NCBI GenBank assembly: GCA_041661745.1
Contig: JBAZTR010000003.1
Span: forward strand, 11,965-75,964
From: Patescibacteria group bacterium
Lineage (GTDB): Bacteria; Patescibacteriota; Patescibacteriia; UBA9934; GWF2-40-263
Reading direction: 5' to 3'
DNA: 64,000 nt
Both the position numbers and the translations under genes were made by a program. Positions 27,388 to 37,879 of this stretch are shown piece after piece (position 1 is the stretch's first letter; the number at the start of each line of letters is the position of its first letter). Below the pieces are notes generated by a model, which was not told where the DNA came from, ran no database searches, and saw nothing but the letters and a program-made list of their open reading frames with translations.

Positions 27388-27419
27388 TCTCCTAGGCTCC
27401 TAGCTTCCTACCCTCCTAA
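27388..27419. repeat. 8-nt periodic pyrimidine repeat TCTCCTAG GCTCCTAG CTTCCTAC CCTCCTAA in the nrnA leader
   Basis: Contains CCTCCT (anti-SD-like) instead of an SD. Confidence 0.5.
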
Positions 27420-27430
27420 TCAAAAAAAGC

Positions 27431-28561
27431 ATGGTCTCCGAAACCCCAAAACAAATATTTGAAGCAATCCGCCGCAGTTCGGCGCCACTTTTAGTTTTGC
27501 CGCGCGGGGCCGGAGCCGATGGTTACGCCAGTGCTGTTGGTTTTTATAAATTGATTGAAGGTATGGGTAAACCGGTCGAAATGGTGGCGGCCGACGGTGT
27601 CACTCCAATCAACCTTGGTTTCCTGCCCGGCATGGAAAAAATAAAACCAGCTGTCGAAAACTTGCGCCAACTGATGATAGAGCTAGACACTAGCCAAACA
27701 CATGTTCAAGATATGCGCCACGAGGAAAAAGACGGACGGCTTTCTATTTCTTTCACCCCACATCAGGGTGGATGGAGTGAAAAAGATGTTCGAATTTCTC
27801 ATTCCGCTTATCGTCATGATTTGATTATTTGTTTCGGAGCGTCTGATCTTGAAGCTTGCGCCCACCTTTATCATGACCATAAAGATTTCTTCTTTCGCAC
27901 CCCAATCATTAATATTGATCACTCACCTGACAATGAACATTTTGGCCAAATCAACCATGTCGACCTGACCGCTTCGGCTATTGGTGAAGCCTGCTTTGAA
28001 CTAGTTCACTCAATCAACCCAACCCTTATCAACGAGGAAATCGCCACGGCTTTTTTAACCGGCATGATTGCCAAAACTCGTAGTTTCCGTACTCCACATT
28101 TAACCCCGAAAACCTTGGAAGTGGCCGGAAAACTAATGTCCCTCGGTGCTCGTCGCCAAGATATTGTCCGTAATTTATTCCAAACTCGTTCCGTTCAAAC
28201 TCTGCGCTTGTGGGGCCGCGCCCTGGCTCGATTAAAATCTGATCCCGAAGCAAAAATCGTTTGGACAATGCTTTCCCAGCAAGATTTCTTACACGCCGGA
28301 GCCCGTGAGGAAGATTTACCTGATGTGATTGATGAATTAATTTCCAATTCGCCGGAGGCAAAAATCATTGTTCTACTCTACGAAAATCATGCCCGTCATA
28401 TTTGTGGCATTATCCGCGCCGAGCCACCACACGATGCCCGTCGGCTAGCTGAATTATTTTCGGCGGTCGGAACCAGGGGAGAGGTTCATGTTTGCCTGGA
28501 GAAAAAAACAATCGTTGAGGCCGAGAAAGAAATTATTGAAGCAATTAAAAAACTGGTTTAA
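27431..28561 (+). CDS. nrnA: DHH-family phosphoesterase, NrnA-like (nanoRNase/pAp phosphatase)
   Basis: DHH motif NIDHSPDNEHFG; DHHA1-type C-terminal region. Confidence 0.75.
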   Translation: MVSETPKQIFEAIRRSSAPLLVLPRGAGADGYASAVGFYKLIEGMGKPVEMVAADGVTPINLGFLPGMEKIKPAVENLRQLMIELDTSQTHVQDMRHEEKDGRLSISFTPHQGGWSEKDVRISHSAYRHDLIICFGASDLEACAHLYHDHKDFFFRTPIINIDHSPDNEHFGQINHVDLTASAIGEACFELVHSINPTLINEEIATAFLTGMIAKTRSFRTPHLTPKTLEVAGKLMSLGARRQDIVRNLFQTRSVQTLRLWGRALARLKSDPEAKIVWTMLSQQDFLHAGAREEDLPDVIDELISNSPEAKIIVLLYENHARHICGIIRAEPPHDARRLAELFSAVGTRGEVHVCLEKKTIVEAEKEIIEAIKKLV

Positions 28562-28565
28562 ATCA

Positions 28566-28600
28566 AAAACTCCGCCCGATAATCGAGCGGAGTTTTTTTA
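28566..28600. terminator. Bidirectional terminator AAACTCCGC ccgataatcg AGCGGAGTTTTTTTATTT between nrnA and the convergent secreted-protein gene
   Basis: 9-bp stem plus a T-run. Confidence 0.6.
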
Positions 28601-28609
28601 TTTCGGAAA

Positions 28610-31345
28610 TTACTGAGCTAGTTCGGCCAATTCAACGCGAGTCTGCATAATACTCATATCCACTTCGTCACTTGTCGACATGTTGTCGCCAACAGTGAAA
28701 CGGGCAAAAGTGGTTGGTTCGAGATCAATTATGTAGTCTGCCCAATCTGCGCCATACAATGCCTCGGCTGTAGCCTCGCTAGGTACCCAGCGCAGGACAT
28801 TGCCGTCGTCAATGGCATAGGTCTTGGCATCAGATTGAATCTTGACCAGGACTGAGCCAGGTTGTGGCATAATCGGCGAGGCCAGCGGCAATGTTGGCAA
28901 GGTGGCATCGGTCACCCAAATAACAATGTCGAAAGAATCAGCGTAAGAGAAGAAGGAATTAGCGTCCCAGAAAGGATGACGACCTTCGGAATCAATGAAA
29001 TAAACGGTGTTGAAGTAATTGGAGCGAATAAACCAACCTTCACGAACTTCGGAAATTTCTTGGGCTAATCCAGTTACCGGTGACAAACCATTTTCACCGG
29101 AGTTGTTGGCAACCATACGCCCTTCAGAATCGAGTTCGGTATTATCAAGAATTTCTACAACCGCTTCGTCTGTAGTGGACGTGATGTCAAAAGCTTCGGT
29201 TACATCCGTGTCCAAATTCGCCTTACCGGTATCATAAGCTGTGATTTTCACTAATACATCGCTGGCATCAATGTTTGGAACCGACCAGCTATAAGTACCC
29301 AAACTCTTGCTAACGTTATAAGCAATTTGTGTATAGGTCGAACCGTTATCGATTGAATAACCGAGTTCAACTGTATCAATACCGGATCCAGCTGTGGACC
29401 AAGTGATCGTTGCGGTGTCTCCACCGGTTTGATCGGCTAAATCAGTAATGGTAACAGCCGGCTCATTACCGGCTGTCGCGCCGCCACTGCTACCGCTACC
29501 TGAGGAAGAACTAATAAATGTGTTGGTCAAGGCAACAGCTGTATCGGAAGCAATATTATAGGAAGTGGTTCCTCCTTCTTCAACCACGAACGAAGTGATA
29601 TCTGTTACACCGGCATAAGAAGAGGTGATATTCGCTAAAATAATCGTTCCAGTTGTTCCGGTGGTACCAGCAGTAACATCACAAGTTAAAACCTGGGCAG
29701 CATCATCACATTCAATGGTTGCGCCGCCGTCATCGTCAAAAGTTCCAGTGGCTGTTTCGGAAAGTCCTGTTATATCTATAAAAGGCGGGAAGGTGATAAC
29801 AACTTCATCGCCTACATTTAGAGTAAACGGAACAGTCAAAGTAATTGTTGTGGTTCCAACCCGACTTGGGGTTGTGTTATTTAAGAGAACCACTGTAGCG
29901 GCGGCATCGGCGGCCGTGACGTTTGTCAAACCCGTTGTAACGTCATTAGCGATTATATCAGTATCGTTGCCTTCGTCTTGTACTTCAAGAACTGTAATAT
30001 CATCTGTTCCAGCATAATAGAATTTAATACCTGACAAAAGAATATCTTCGGTTCCATCGCCATTTCCCATAACTCCGCCAGCTGTACAGGTTACTTTCTG
30101 TGAACTTGGGACACACGCGGTGAAATCACTAGGTCCTTCAAGAAAGGTCGTTGAGAGATAAGCTGCACCAGATACGTTCACGTAATCCGGAAAGGTGATT
30201 TCAACAGTATCAGCGGCGTCCAAATCGGTCGGCAGGGTCAAGGTAATAGTAGTTGTAACAGCTGTATTACTAACAACTGATGCTGAAAAAACAACAGAGG
30301 CGTTGGCAACTCCGGCAGTCACAGTTGTTACAGCGACTGTCGTATCAAGTGCAATATCATTTGCCGGGGTGTTTTCATCATAAATCTGAAAATCTGTGAT
30401 ATCGGTGGTTCCGGCATATCTCGCGGTAATGCCGGTCATAATAATCGACCCAGAACCAGCACTAACCGTGTCACTTGCACTACAAGTTAAAGTCTGAGTA
30501 GAAGCGGAACAGGAAAAAGTCCCGCCCCCGCCAAAATCTTCTGAGCCAACGGCAACATCGGCAATATTTATATAAGCAGGAATGGTCATTACAACCTTGT
30601 CGTCGGTATCGACAGAAACCGGTAAAGTGAATGACAAGGTCACATCACCAGCAGCACCCACAACAGGATTAGCCAAAACTATTTCAGCGTTGGCCGCAGC
30701 GGCAGCCGTAGCTATTGTTGGAGGTGTGCCAATGGTCGTAAGGTTGTCCGCACCAGTGTCATCAGTCTGAATCACAACGTTGGCAGCGGCTCGAACATAA
30801 TTAGAGTCTTTAACAGCCGCCCAAATTGTGAGAACATCGCCAGAGTCCATTTGTTCAGTAGCCTGAATGGTTATCAAACCTGTATTTACCGCAGCGCTTG
30901 CGGTAAAAGCAATGGCTGTGTTGTCTGTCGCTCCACCATTATCAAGATAAGTTGGCATCCATTCACCAACAGTATCTATGTTAGTTAACGCAGCCTCTTC
31001 GTTTGTATCCCACGTGTTGGCAGGAAACAAATTAGTATTTATTTGAACCGTTATGTTGTTTTCTGCGGCGACAATACCACCAGCACCAATTGTAATAGCA
31101 ATTTTTAGGTAACTTTGTGTCCCTACGGTTACAGTACCAGCAGCACTGGGACCAACATAGGTGGTGTTATAAGCGTCCGTGCTTCCTGTACCTACATCAA
31201 TAGTAGCTGTACCTGCACCGGCCACGGCCTTAACCGTCCTGGTAGGCATTACCTGCCAAGTTCCGATTGTAAGGGCTAGAAGCAAAAAAGCCGCCATCGA
31301 CCATGGCATCACTTTAAAGAGCCCTTTTCCTAAGATTTGCGCCAT
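28610..31345 (-). CDS. Large Thr/Ala/Gly-rich secreted protein with three internal ~100-aa repeats and a conserved C-terminal domain
   Basis: Signal/TM anchor MPWSMAAFLLLALTIG. Repeats centred on ..LTCSASDTVSAG.., ..VTCTAGGVMGNG.., ..LTCDVTAGTTGTTG.. The C-terminal about 110 aa are homologous to 37880-39580 and 49397-50191. Confidence 0.7.
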   Translation of the reverse strand: MAQILGKGLFKVMPWSMAAFLLLALTIGTWQVMPTRTVKAVAGAGTATIDVGTGSTDAYNTTYVGPSAAGTVTVGTQSYLKIAITIGAGGIVAAENNITVQINTNLFPANTWDTNEEAALTNIDTVGEWMPTYLDNGGATDNTAIAFTASAAVNTGLITIQATEQMDSGDVLTIWAAVKDSNYVRAAANVVIQTDDTGADNLTTIGTPPTIATAAAAANAEIVLANPVVGAAGDVTLSFTLPVSVDTDDKVVMTIPAYINIADVAVGSEDFGGGGTFSCSASTQTLTCSASDTVSAGSGSIIMTGITARYAGTTDITDFQIYDENTPANDIALDTTVAVTTVTAGVANASVVFSASVVSNTAVTTTITLTLPTDLDAADTVEITFPDYVNVSGAAYLSTTFLEGPSDFTACVPSSQKVTCTAGGVMGNGDGTEDILLSGIKFYYAGTDDITVLEVQDEGNDTDIIANDVTTGLTNVTAADAAATVVLLNNTTPSRVGTTTITLTVPFTLNVGDEVVITFPPFIDITGLSETATGTFDDDGGATIECDDAAQVLTCDVTAGTTGTTGTIILANITSSYAGVTDITSFVVEEGGTTSYNIASDTAVALTNTFISSSSGSGSSGGATAGNEPAVTITDLADQTGGDTATITWSTAGSGIDTVELGYSIDNGSTYTQIAYNVSKSLGTYSWSVPNIDASDVLVKITAYDTGKANLDTDVTEAFDITSTTDEAVVEILDNTELDSEGRMVANNSGENGLSPVTGLAQEISEVREGWFIRSNYFNTVYFIDSEGRHPFWDANSFFSYADSFDIVIWVTDATLPTLPLASPIMPQPGSVLVKIQSDAKTYAIDDGNVLRWVPSEATAEALYGADWADYIIDLEPTTFARFTVGDNMSTSDEVDMSIMQTRVELAELAQ

Positions 31346-31471
31346 ATTGGAAAATTATTTTTCTTTTTAAAAGAAAATTATTATTAAATGTTTTAAGTTG
31401 ATATTATTTTATCACAAAAAATCAATGAAATCAAGAGGAAAAACGGCCCTGTGGACAAGTTGTGCGTTTTT

Positions 31472-33928
31472 TTACTCACTTTGCACTTCCCCACCCTCAA
31501 CTGTAGTCGCGGTTTCTTCACCTTCTTCAACCGGTGTCGGGACTTGGGTAGTCAATTGGCCGGACTTTAATTTACTAAGTCTGGTTTGCACCGCCTGATT
31601 GCCCGGATTTAGTTCAGCCACCTTAGCAACCTGATTGATTGCCTCGTTCAATTTTCCGTCAATTTCATACATCGAAGCCAAATACCAGCGAGCATTTGAA
31701 TAGTTCGGAGACAACTCAAGTATTCGCTCTAATTCCTTTTGTGCTGAATCATAATCAGTCAGACGAATATAAAGCATGGACAATTGGAAACCGAGACCAA
31801 CATCCAACGGTTTATAATCGCGAAGCGCGGCCAAACGGGCGGCGGCATCTTTTAACTTGCCTTGGCGTTCCAAAACTGCCGCCAAATAATAGTGGGCCGG
31901 GGCGTAATCCGCCTTCAAAACAATCGATTGGTTAAGGTATTGTTCGGCCGAAACTAAGGAATTTTTTTCCGATTCAACGGCCGAGGCCGCCAATTCCTTA
32001 TTAGTGGAGCTCTTTAAATTACGGGCCCGATCGGATACGGCCAAATAAAGACGAGCTAAACCGGTTGAATAAGCCGGATTATTATCTTCCAATTCCATGG
32101 CTTTTAAGTAAGAAGCGGCGGCAACATCCTCAGCGCCGGTTACCACCGGCATAACATCACGATATACATTACCCCGTTGAACCCAGTTACTGACATTGTT
32201 TGGCGACAAATACGCGGCACGGTCAGCCGAGGTCATGGCCGCCTTAACCAACTGTTGGATAATCGAGGCTTCGTTTGCGTCAATTTTCGATTCATCGGCT
32301 GTGGCTGTGGTTATAGTGTCTTTAGTTCGCAAAAGAAAGGCTTGGCTTAAGTTTCTGTAATAAATATCAGAAAGGCTGTTTAAAGAGACAGCTTCGCCTA
32401 GTTTGGCGGTAATTTGTTCAATGGGCGCGCCGGCGTTATCCAGCTCAACGGCCTTAGCAAAAGCAACTTCCGAAGCATAGCGTTGCCCGGTCACAAACAA
32501 AGTTACGATAACTCCGACCGACACCAAAACAAAAGCAAAGGAAAAGACCAAACCGAGTTTTGGAGAACTGACAAAGCCGGTCTCTTTTATTTTAAGAGCA
32601 ACTTGGCTGGCCAACAATCCGGTCAAAGCCCAAAACAAAAAGGTTAAGGACATGTTAGAGGAATAAAGCAGGTTGGCCAAAATCAAGGTGGCCCAAGAAG
32701 CAAAAAGAACGTAGGTTATTTTCCATTCATCGTGTTCGCGCTCCTTAAGCAAGCGTCCCAAAGCCTTAAGTCCGATCACCAAAACTAACAGTAACCAAAA
32801 GCCTAAACCAACTACACCAAAAGTGGCGAGGGTGGTTAGACCTTGAGATTTGGCACGATCGAAATTGGTGTCCCAAAATATTGTCTGGTTAACCTCGTCC
32901 GGTTTGTACTTGGTATAGTCAAAAGAGAAAGTTCCGGGGCCTGAACCAAAAATTAAAGGCATTGGGCCGTCGGACAAAACTTGTTTGGTTATATCCCAAC
33001 TTGTGCCATAACTTGGACCAATTACCAAAGGAAGATTTAACTTGATTGGACTGGTTAAGAAAAGCAAAAAGATGCTGATCAGGATAATTATCAGAGGAAC
33101 GATAAAACGGTTGGATTTACCGAATTCGTTTTGTTGTAAAAAAACAAAAACCATCACCAAAAGCATACCGAAAATCGCTAGAACCCAAAGAACCCAAAAA
33201 TCAATCGCCACAAGAAGAATTGTAGTAGCCACTGATAAAAAGATAACTAAACCACGCGTCACCGCCCCTTTAATGCCAACTGGAAAAAAATCGTTTCGTT
33301 CTTTTTTACCAACCAACCACATTCCCATGCTAAAAACCATCATAATTGTTAGGAAGACGGTAAAGGAGGTGATTGTCCCAACAGTGTTGGCCCCATGTGC
33401 TGTTAAGAACGGGATAAAACCTAGGCCAAAAATATTCAGCAAGGTAATCAAGGCACTAAGCGAGGTGGCCGATAAAATAGCAAAGAAAATATTTCTTTGA
33501 ACCGTGGTTTCGCCAGCCTTGTTCATCAAAACGTAAAAAATAACCACGGAAACAGCTAGGGTTAAAAAGCTGGTGTATTCCTGCGAGGACTGCCCCACCC
33601 ATGATTGATATCCGGCTAAAGAAAAAATTGAGGAAACCAACCCGCCGAGCAAAAGCAGGGCCGGCAATAAGTTTAACCAACCAGCCCGAAAGGCCAGTTT
33701 TTTTTCCATGACCATTGAACCGAGCCAAGCCAACAGGGCGACAAAAGCCAGAATAACCATCAAGGTTTGTTTGCTGACCTCAAAGGCCTCGTTAGTAAAC
33801 GGAAGAAAGAAGATCGGCAAAAAAAAGAAAAGGGCGTAGAGTGACCAACGAATTACCGTCTCGTAGAGACCGGCGTTCGCCAAAGAAACTCTCTTTCTTT
33901 TTCCAACCGAGGTTGAAGCGATATCCAT
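31472..33928 (-). CDS. Polytopic membrane protein: O-antigen-ligase-like domain fused to C-terminal TPR repeats
   Basis: At least 12 TM segments in the N-terminal 480 aa; C-terminal TPR-like repeats. Confidence 0.65.
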   Translation of the reverse strand: MDIASTSVGKRKRVSLANAGLYETVIRWSLYALFFFLPIFFLPFTNEAFEVSKQTLMVILAFVALLAWLGSMVMEKKLAFRAGWLNLLPALLLLGGLVSSIFSLAGYQSWVGQSSQEYTSFLTLAVSVVIFYVLMNKAGETTVQRNIFFAILSATSLSALITLLNIFGLGFIPFLTAHGANTVGTITSFTVFLTIMMVFSMGMWLVGKKERNDFFPVGIKGAVTRGLVIFLSVATTILLVAIDFWVLWVLAIFGMLLVMVFVFLQQNEFGKSNRFIVPLIIILISIFLLFLTSPIKLNLPLVIGPSYGTSWDITKQVLSDGPMPLIFGSGPGTFSFDYTKYKPDEVNQTIFWDTNFDRAKSQGLTTLATFGVVGLGFWLLLVLVIGLKALGRLLKEREHDEWKITYVLFASWATLILANLLYSSNMSLTFLFWALTGLLASQVALKIKETGFVSSPKLGLVFSFAFVLVSVGVIVTLFVTGQRYASEVAFAKAVELDNAGAPIEQITAKLGEAVSLNSLSDIYYRNLSQAFLLRTKDTITTATADESKIDANEASIIQQLVKAAMTSADRAAYLSPNNVSNWVQRGNVYRDVMPVVTGAEDVAAASYLKAMELEDNNPAYSTGLARLYLAVSDRARNLKSSTNKELAASAVESEKNSLVSAEQYLNQSIVLKADYAPAHYYLAAVLERQGKLKDAAARLAALRDYKPLDVGLGFQLSMLYIRLTDYDSAQKELERILELSPNYSNARWYLASMYEIDGKLNEAINQVAKVAELNPGNQAVQTRLSKLKSGQLTTQVPTPVEEGEETATTVEGGEVQSE

Positions 33929-34072
33929 ATCTAAAGATTAAAAAAATTATTTTTTAATTTAAAAAGAATTAACGTTGTCTATTCTAACGCAAAAAATACC
34001 AAAAGGCAAAAAAACATCCACACACAAAACACCAAGTTTTAAAAAATTACGTAAAACAAAAATCCGACCTGG

Positions 34073-34149
34073 TGGTGGGCGCAAGAGGACTCGAACCTCT
34101 GACCTTCACAATGTCAATGTGACGCTCTAACCAGCTGAGCTATGCGCCC
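34073..34149 (-). tRNA. tRNA-Val (anticodon GAC), encoded CCA
   Basis: GGGCGCA acceptor, anticodon arm TCACA-TTGACAT-TGTGA, T-loop TTCGAGT. Confidence 0.9.
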
Positions 34150-34181
34150 GGCATCAGGCCGGATTTTTTTGGTTTTACACT

Positions 34182-34970
34182 TTACAACGAATCTTGATTT
34201 TGGAAAAGGGCCACGGCATACTCCCAGTACTTCCCTTGCTCACCGGCACACTCGGCCGCTTCGGCGGCATTCTCGGCCTGATCGTGGAAAGAAAGGGGGA
34301 AATCGCGGAGTACCCATCTTACCTTACCGGAATAATCTTTCAAGACCTGTTGCATGGTCGCGTCAAAACCCTGGCAATAAGGACATTGAAAATCAGTGTA
34401 GGTAACAATTGTAATATCGCCTGAACCGGCAATATGATCGCTTTCGGTTACCGCGGCCAAGGTGCCGGAGACATCGGCTGTAGTAGCCGGTGTACCAGAA
34501 ACCGTGTTGCCCAAAGTTTTATCCAACAAGGCTTTCATGGAGGCGTAAGGAACCGCGCCGCCGGTAATCTGTTTAACTGAGCCGTCTTTATTAATTAAAA
34601 ACGAAGACGGTGTTCCTCGGACACCAGCGGCCGAGGCACTAGCCTGATCTGTTTTAATAATCGCCAATTTACTATTAGACGAAAGACAGGCATTGAAGGA
34701 ATCCAAATTAAGTCCGACTTTGGTGGCCAAATCTTTAAAAAGCTGATCCGGAGTAGTGGCCACAACATCAGTATTGGTATTATCAGCCGTTCCACCGGTG
34801 GCAACGACATTGTCGGTGTTGTTGGAACTACCGCCCTGCAAAACATAAACACCCAGACTGATAAAACCAGCCGTGCCAAGAATCAATAAAGAAGCGACGC
34901 AACCGATAATAAACGACTGCCTTGGTGAAAAAGCGTCGAAAAAAGATTTCTTTTGGAAAGGATTGTCCAT
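34182..34970 (-). CDS. DsbA-like thiol:disulfide oxidoreductase, membrane-anchored
   Basis: N-terminal TM; thioredoxin fold with FQCPYCQGFD (CxxC). Confidence 0.75.
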   Translation of the reverse strand: MDNPFQKKSFFDAFSPRQSFIIGCVASLLILGTAGFISLGVYVLQGGSSNNTDNVVATGGTADNTNTDVVATTPDQLFKDLATKVGLNLDSFNACLSSNSKLAIIKTDQASASAAGVRGTPSSFLINKDGSVKQITGGAVPYASMKALLDKTLGNTVSGTPATTADVSGTLAAVTESDHIAGSGDITIVTYTDFQCPYCQGFDATMQQVLKDYSGKVRWVLRDFPLSFHDQAENAAEAAECAGEQGKYWEYAVALFQNQDSL

Positions 34971-34982
34971 ATTTTTATTTTT

Positions 34983-35396
34983 TTAATTTTCGTCAGAATT
35001 CAACCCGTCTAATTCTAGCTTTTCTGTGAAGGTTGTCAACCATGTCCGATCCTTAAAAGAGGAGAGCTTAAGAAGAACAAAACCAATAAGAATTAACGAA
35101 GCAAAACCAACAACGGCCGAAATAATAAGTTGGACCCCACCGCAGGAAAGTAAAATAACAAGGCTATCTTGGTCCCGAGGAAAAGCAAAACAATCGCTAG
35201 CCGTTCGTTCCATCCAAGTCGTGCTAACCCACGCCGCGGCTAAAGCACAAAGGGCCGCGGCCAAAGAAAACAAACAGCTGAACCGAACCTTTCGCAAACG
35301 AATAAGACGAAGCAGGGCCACGCAAGCGAAAAAAATGCCACCAATCATCCAATAAAGAAAAAACCAGATCACGGCTAAAGTGGCAAAAAAAATCAT
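34983..35396 (-). CDS. Hypothetical membrane protein
   Basis: 137 aa, 3 TM segments. Confidence 0.4.
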   Translation of the reverse strand: MIFFATLAVIWFFLYWMIGGIFFACVALLRLIRLRKVRFSCLFSLAAALCALAAAWVSTTWMERTASDCFAFPRDQDSLVILLSCGGVQLIISAVVGFASLILIGFVLLKLSSFKDRTWLTTFTEKLELDGLNSDEN

Positions 35397-35575
35397 ACGT
35401 TAAACGCGAAGTTGCCGGTAAAGAGAATGATTATTCCCCAAAGCAGCAGAAAAACCCCGGCCAATATTAAAGCGAGCGATCCGTTTTTTACTTCGTGCGA
35501 ATTGGATTTAGCCCCCCAACGAAAAAGCAAAATCCCAATCGTTGTGATAAGTAAACCAAGAATAACAAAAGGCAT
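35393..35575 (-). CDS. Small hydrophobic protein (60 aa)
   Basis: Two TM helices. Translationally coupled to the upstream ORF. Confidence 0.3.
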   Translation of the reverse strand: MPFVILGLLITTIGILLFRWGAKSNSHEVKNGSLALILAGVFLLLWGIIILFTGNFAFNV

Positions 35576-35579
35576 AATT

Positions 35580-35656
35580 TGGTGGGCCCACCTGGACTCG
35601 AACCAGGAACCTCCGAGGTATAAGCTCGATGCTCTAACCAGTTGAGCTATAGGCCC
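35580..35656 (-). tRNA. tRNA-Ile with anticodon UAU (reads AUA), encoded CCA
   Basis: GGGCCTA acceptor with U6-G67 wobble pair, anticodon stem TCGAG/CTCGG, loop C-U-UAU-A-C, T-loop TTCGAGT. Confidence 0.8.
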
Positions 35657-35754
35657 AGTTAATAAATATGGGAAATTACAATCTTTGGGCTAAATCATCT
35701 TATCGGAAAATGACCCTTTTGTGAAGTCTCTTCATCTGGTACTATGAAAACGCT

Positions 35755-36633
35755 ATGAAAAAAGAACGCCTAGACAAGTCTTTGGTTAAAACAAGCGGGT
35801 TGGCCCGCGGTTTAATACAAAAAATGATAAAAAACAGCGAGGTTTTTGTGAACGAAAAACCCATAACCACCCCGCATTTTTCGGTTTTACCGACAGATAA
35901 GATTGAGATAAGAAAACAAAAGGTCACCACAAAAAAATACGTTCCGCCAAAACTCAAGGTTTTTTATGAGGATGGTGATGTAATTGTCTTCGAAAAACCG
36001 GCTGGCATTATGGTGCACGAAGCCCCAGGCAAAAAAGAAGCAACAATTGTCGATGCTTTGGTTAAACACTATCCGTCCATTAAAAAAGTCGGCGACAACC
36101 CCAGCCGTCCGGGTATTGTTCATCGTCTCGACAAACTCGCTTCCGGGGTTATGATCGCGGCCAAGACACAGGCGGCGTTTGATTTTCTAAAAAAACAATT
36201 TTCCGAACACTATGCCAAAAAAGAATATCTGGTTTTGGTTTATGGCATACCAGCCAAAGACATTGGCACAATTTCTTTCCGTTTAGCTCGTTCAAAAAAC
36301 AAGGGCCGAATGGTTGCTCGTCCGGCCGATGGTGAAGGTAAGGAGGCGGTGACCCATTACGAAGTCATTAAAAAAATAAAAAATCTTGCTTACCTCCGCG
36401 TCCAAATTGAAACCGGCCGTACTCATCAAATTCGCGCCCACATGCGCGCCCTTAATTTGCCGGTGGTCGGCGATCCGCTCTACAAAAAAACGCGCATGAA
36501 AAATATTAAACCGCTTTCCCTGCCCCGATTGTTTCTTCATGCTCATAAATTAACTATCCCCCTGCCAAACGGTGAAACTAAAACTTTTGTCTCACCACTA
36601 CCCGAAGAACTGGAAAAAATAATTTCTGAATAA
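35755..36633 (+). CDS. rluD: RluA-family pseudouridine synthase (RluD-like) with N-terminal S4 domain
   Basis: HRLDKLASGVMI catalytic motif; S4-like N-terminus. Confidence 0.85.
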   Translation: MKKERLDKSLVKTSGLARGLIQKMIKNSEVFVNEKPITTPHFSVLPTDKIEIRKQKVTTKKYVPPKLKVFYEDGDVIVFEKPAGIMVHEAPGKKEATIVDALVKHYPSIKKVGDNPSRPGIVHRLDKLASGVMIAAKTQAAFDFLKKQFSEHYAKKEYLVLVYGIPAKDIGTISFRLARSKNKGRMVARPADGEGKEAVTHYEVIKKIKNLAYLRVQIETGRTHQIRAHMRALNLPVVGDPLYKKTRMKNIKPLSLPRLFLHAHKLTIPLPNGETKTFVSPLPEELEKIISE

Positions 36634-36636
36634 AAT

Positions 36637-37191
36637 ATGGTTATCACCATCGCTGGTTTGCCAGGCTCCGGTAAAACCACTATTGCCAAAATGATTTCCG
36701 AATACTACAAAATTCCGTGGTACTCGATGGGCGACCTGCGCGGTAGAATGGCCATAGACCGTGGCATGATGCTTGATGAATTTAATAAACTGGGTGAGAC
36801 CGAAGCTTTTACCGACAAAGAGGTTGATGATTATCAAACCAAGCTCGGTCAATCCGGCGAGTCGTTTGTTATCGATAGCCGCCTGTCTTGGCACTTTATT
36901 CCCAACGCCTACAAAATCTTTTTAGATGTCGATCCGAGCGTGGCCGCCGAACGTATCATGGGCGCTTCACGGGCCGACCGACAAGACGAAAAACCATACG
37001 CCTCGGTTGAAGAAGCAAAAGCTGCCTTGGCCGAACGGGTGGCTTCGGATGAACGACGTTACCAAAAATACTATAACCTCGATATTCTTGACCTTAGCCC
37101 TTACGACCTGGTTGTCGATACTTCGCACAAAACCCCCGAGGGAATCATGGCTGAAATAAAGGAAAAAGTGGACGCTTGGCATAAATCTTGA
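36637..37191 (+). CDS. P-loop nucleoside-monophosphate kinase (archaeal-type cytidylate kinase-like)
   Basis: GLPGSGKTT Walker A; about 180 aa. Confidence 0.55.
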   Translation: MVITIAGLPGSGKTTIAKMISEYYKIPWYSMGDLRGRMAIDRGMMLDEFNKLGETEAFTDKEVDDYQTKLGQSGESFVIDSRLSWHFIPNAYKIFLDVDPSVAAERIMGASRADRQDEKPYASVEEAKAALAERVASDERRYQKYYNLDILDLSPYDLVVDTSHKTPEGIMAEIKEKVDAWHKS

Positions 37192-37302
37192 CGTTTTTCC
37201 TTAATTCAGCTAAGATAACGCCGCTTTAACATTAATGCTCGCAACGAACGCCTCCCTTATTTTAAAGGGAAATACCGGTCCTCTTGGAGCGAAAATTAAC
37301 AT

Positions 37303-37785
37303 ATGTCCGATGAAGAAAAGAAAGAGCCCGAGGTCGCCGCAGAAACCGCGACCGAAGAAGCTCCGGTGGTTGAACCTACCGTTGAAGAACCAGTAATCGA
37401 AGAAGTCGCCCCGTTAGCCGACGAGGTGGCCGAAAAACTCCCGGGAACAGAAATCAGAATTACTGACGTTAAACCCGGCATGACCATCCGTGTCCACGAA
37501 CGTATCAAAGATCTAAACGCCAAAGGCGAAGAGCGTGAGCGTGTTCAGATCTTTCAAGGTATGGTTATTGGTATCCATGGCGCTGGCGTTTCCAAGACCA
37601 TGACTATCCGTCGCGAACAAAAAGGTTACGGCGTGGAAAAAATATATCCATTAATCAGTCCAACGGTAACTAAAGTAGAATTGGTCAAAACGGCCAAAGT
37701 CCGCCGTGCTAAACTGGCCTATCTGCAAAATCTCCGCAATCGCTTCAAGCGCAAGCTCAAAGAGGAATGGGCCGTGGCTAAATAA
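37303..37785 (+). CDS. rplS: 50S ribosomal protein L19 with acidic N-terminal extension
   Basis: VHERIKD..GEERERVQIFQGMVIGIHGAGVSKTMTIRR..GVEKIYPLISP. Confidence 0.9.
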   Translation: MSDEEKKEPEVAAETATEEAPVVEPTVEEPVIEEVAPLADEVAEKLPGTEIRITDVKPGMTIRVHERIKDLNAKGEERERVQIFQGMVIGIHGAGVSKTMTIRREQKGYGVEKIYPLISPTVTKVELVKTAKVRRAKLAYLQNLRNRFKRKLKEEWAVAK

Positions 37786-37792
37786 TATTACA

Positions 37793-37840
37793 AAACCCCG
37801 CACCTTTGAAAAAAGGTGCGGGGTTTATTTTTACCAATTT
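37793..37840. terminator. Bidirectional terminator CCCCGCACC tttgaaaaaa GGTGCGGGG TTTATTTTT
   Basis: Perfect 9-bp GC stem plus a T-run. Confidence 0.7.
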
Positions 37841-37879
37841 TATTCCTACCGAAGCCCCATCATATGGGGCGAAGGGGAA

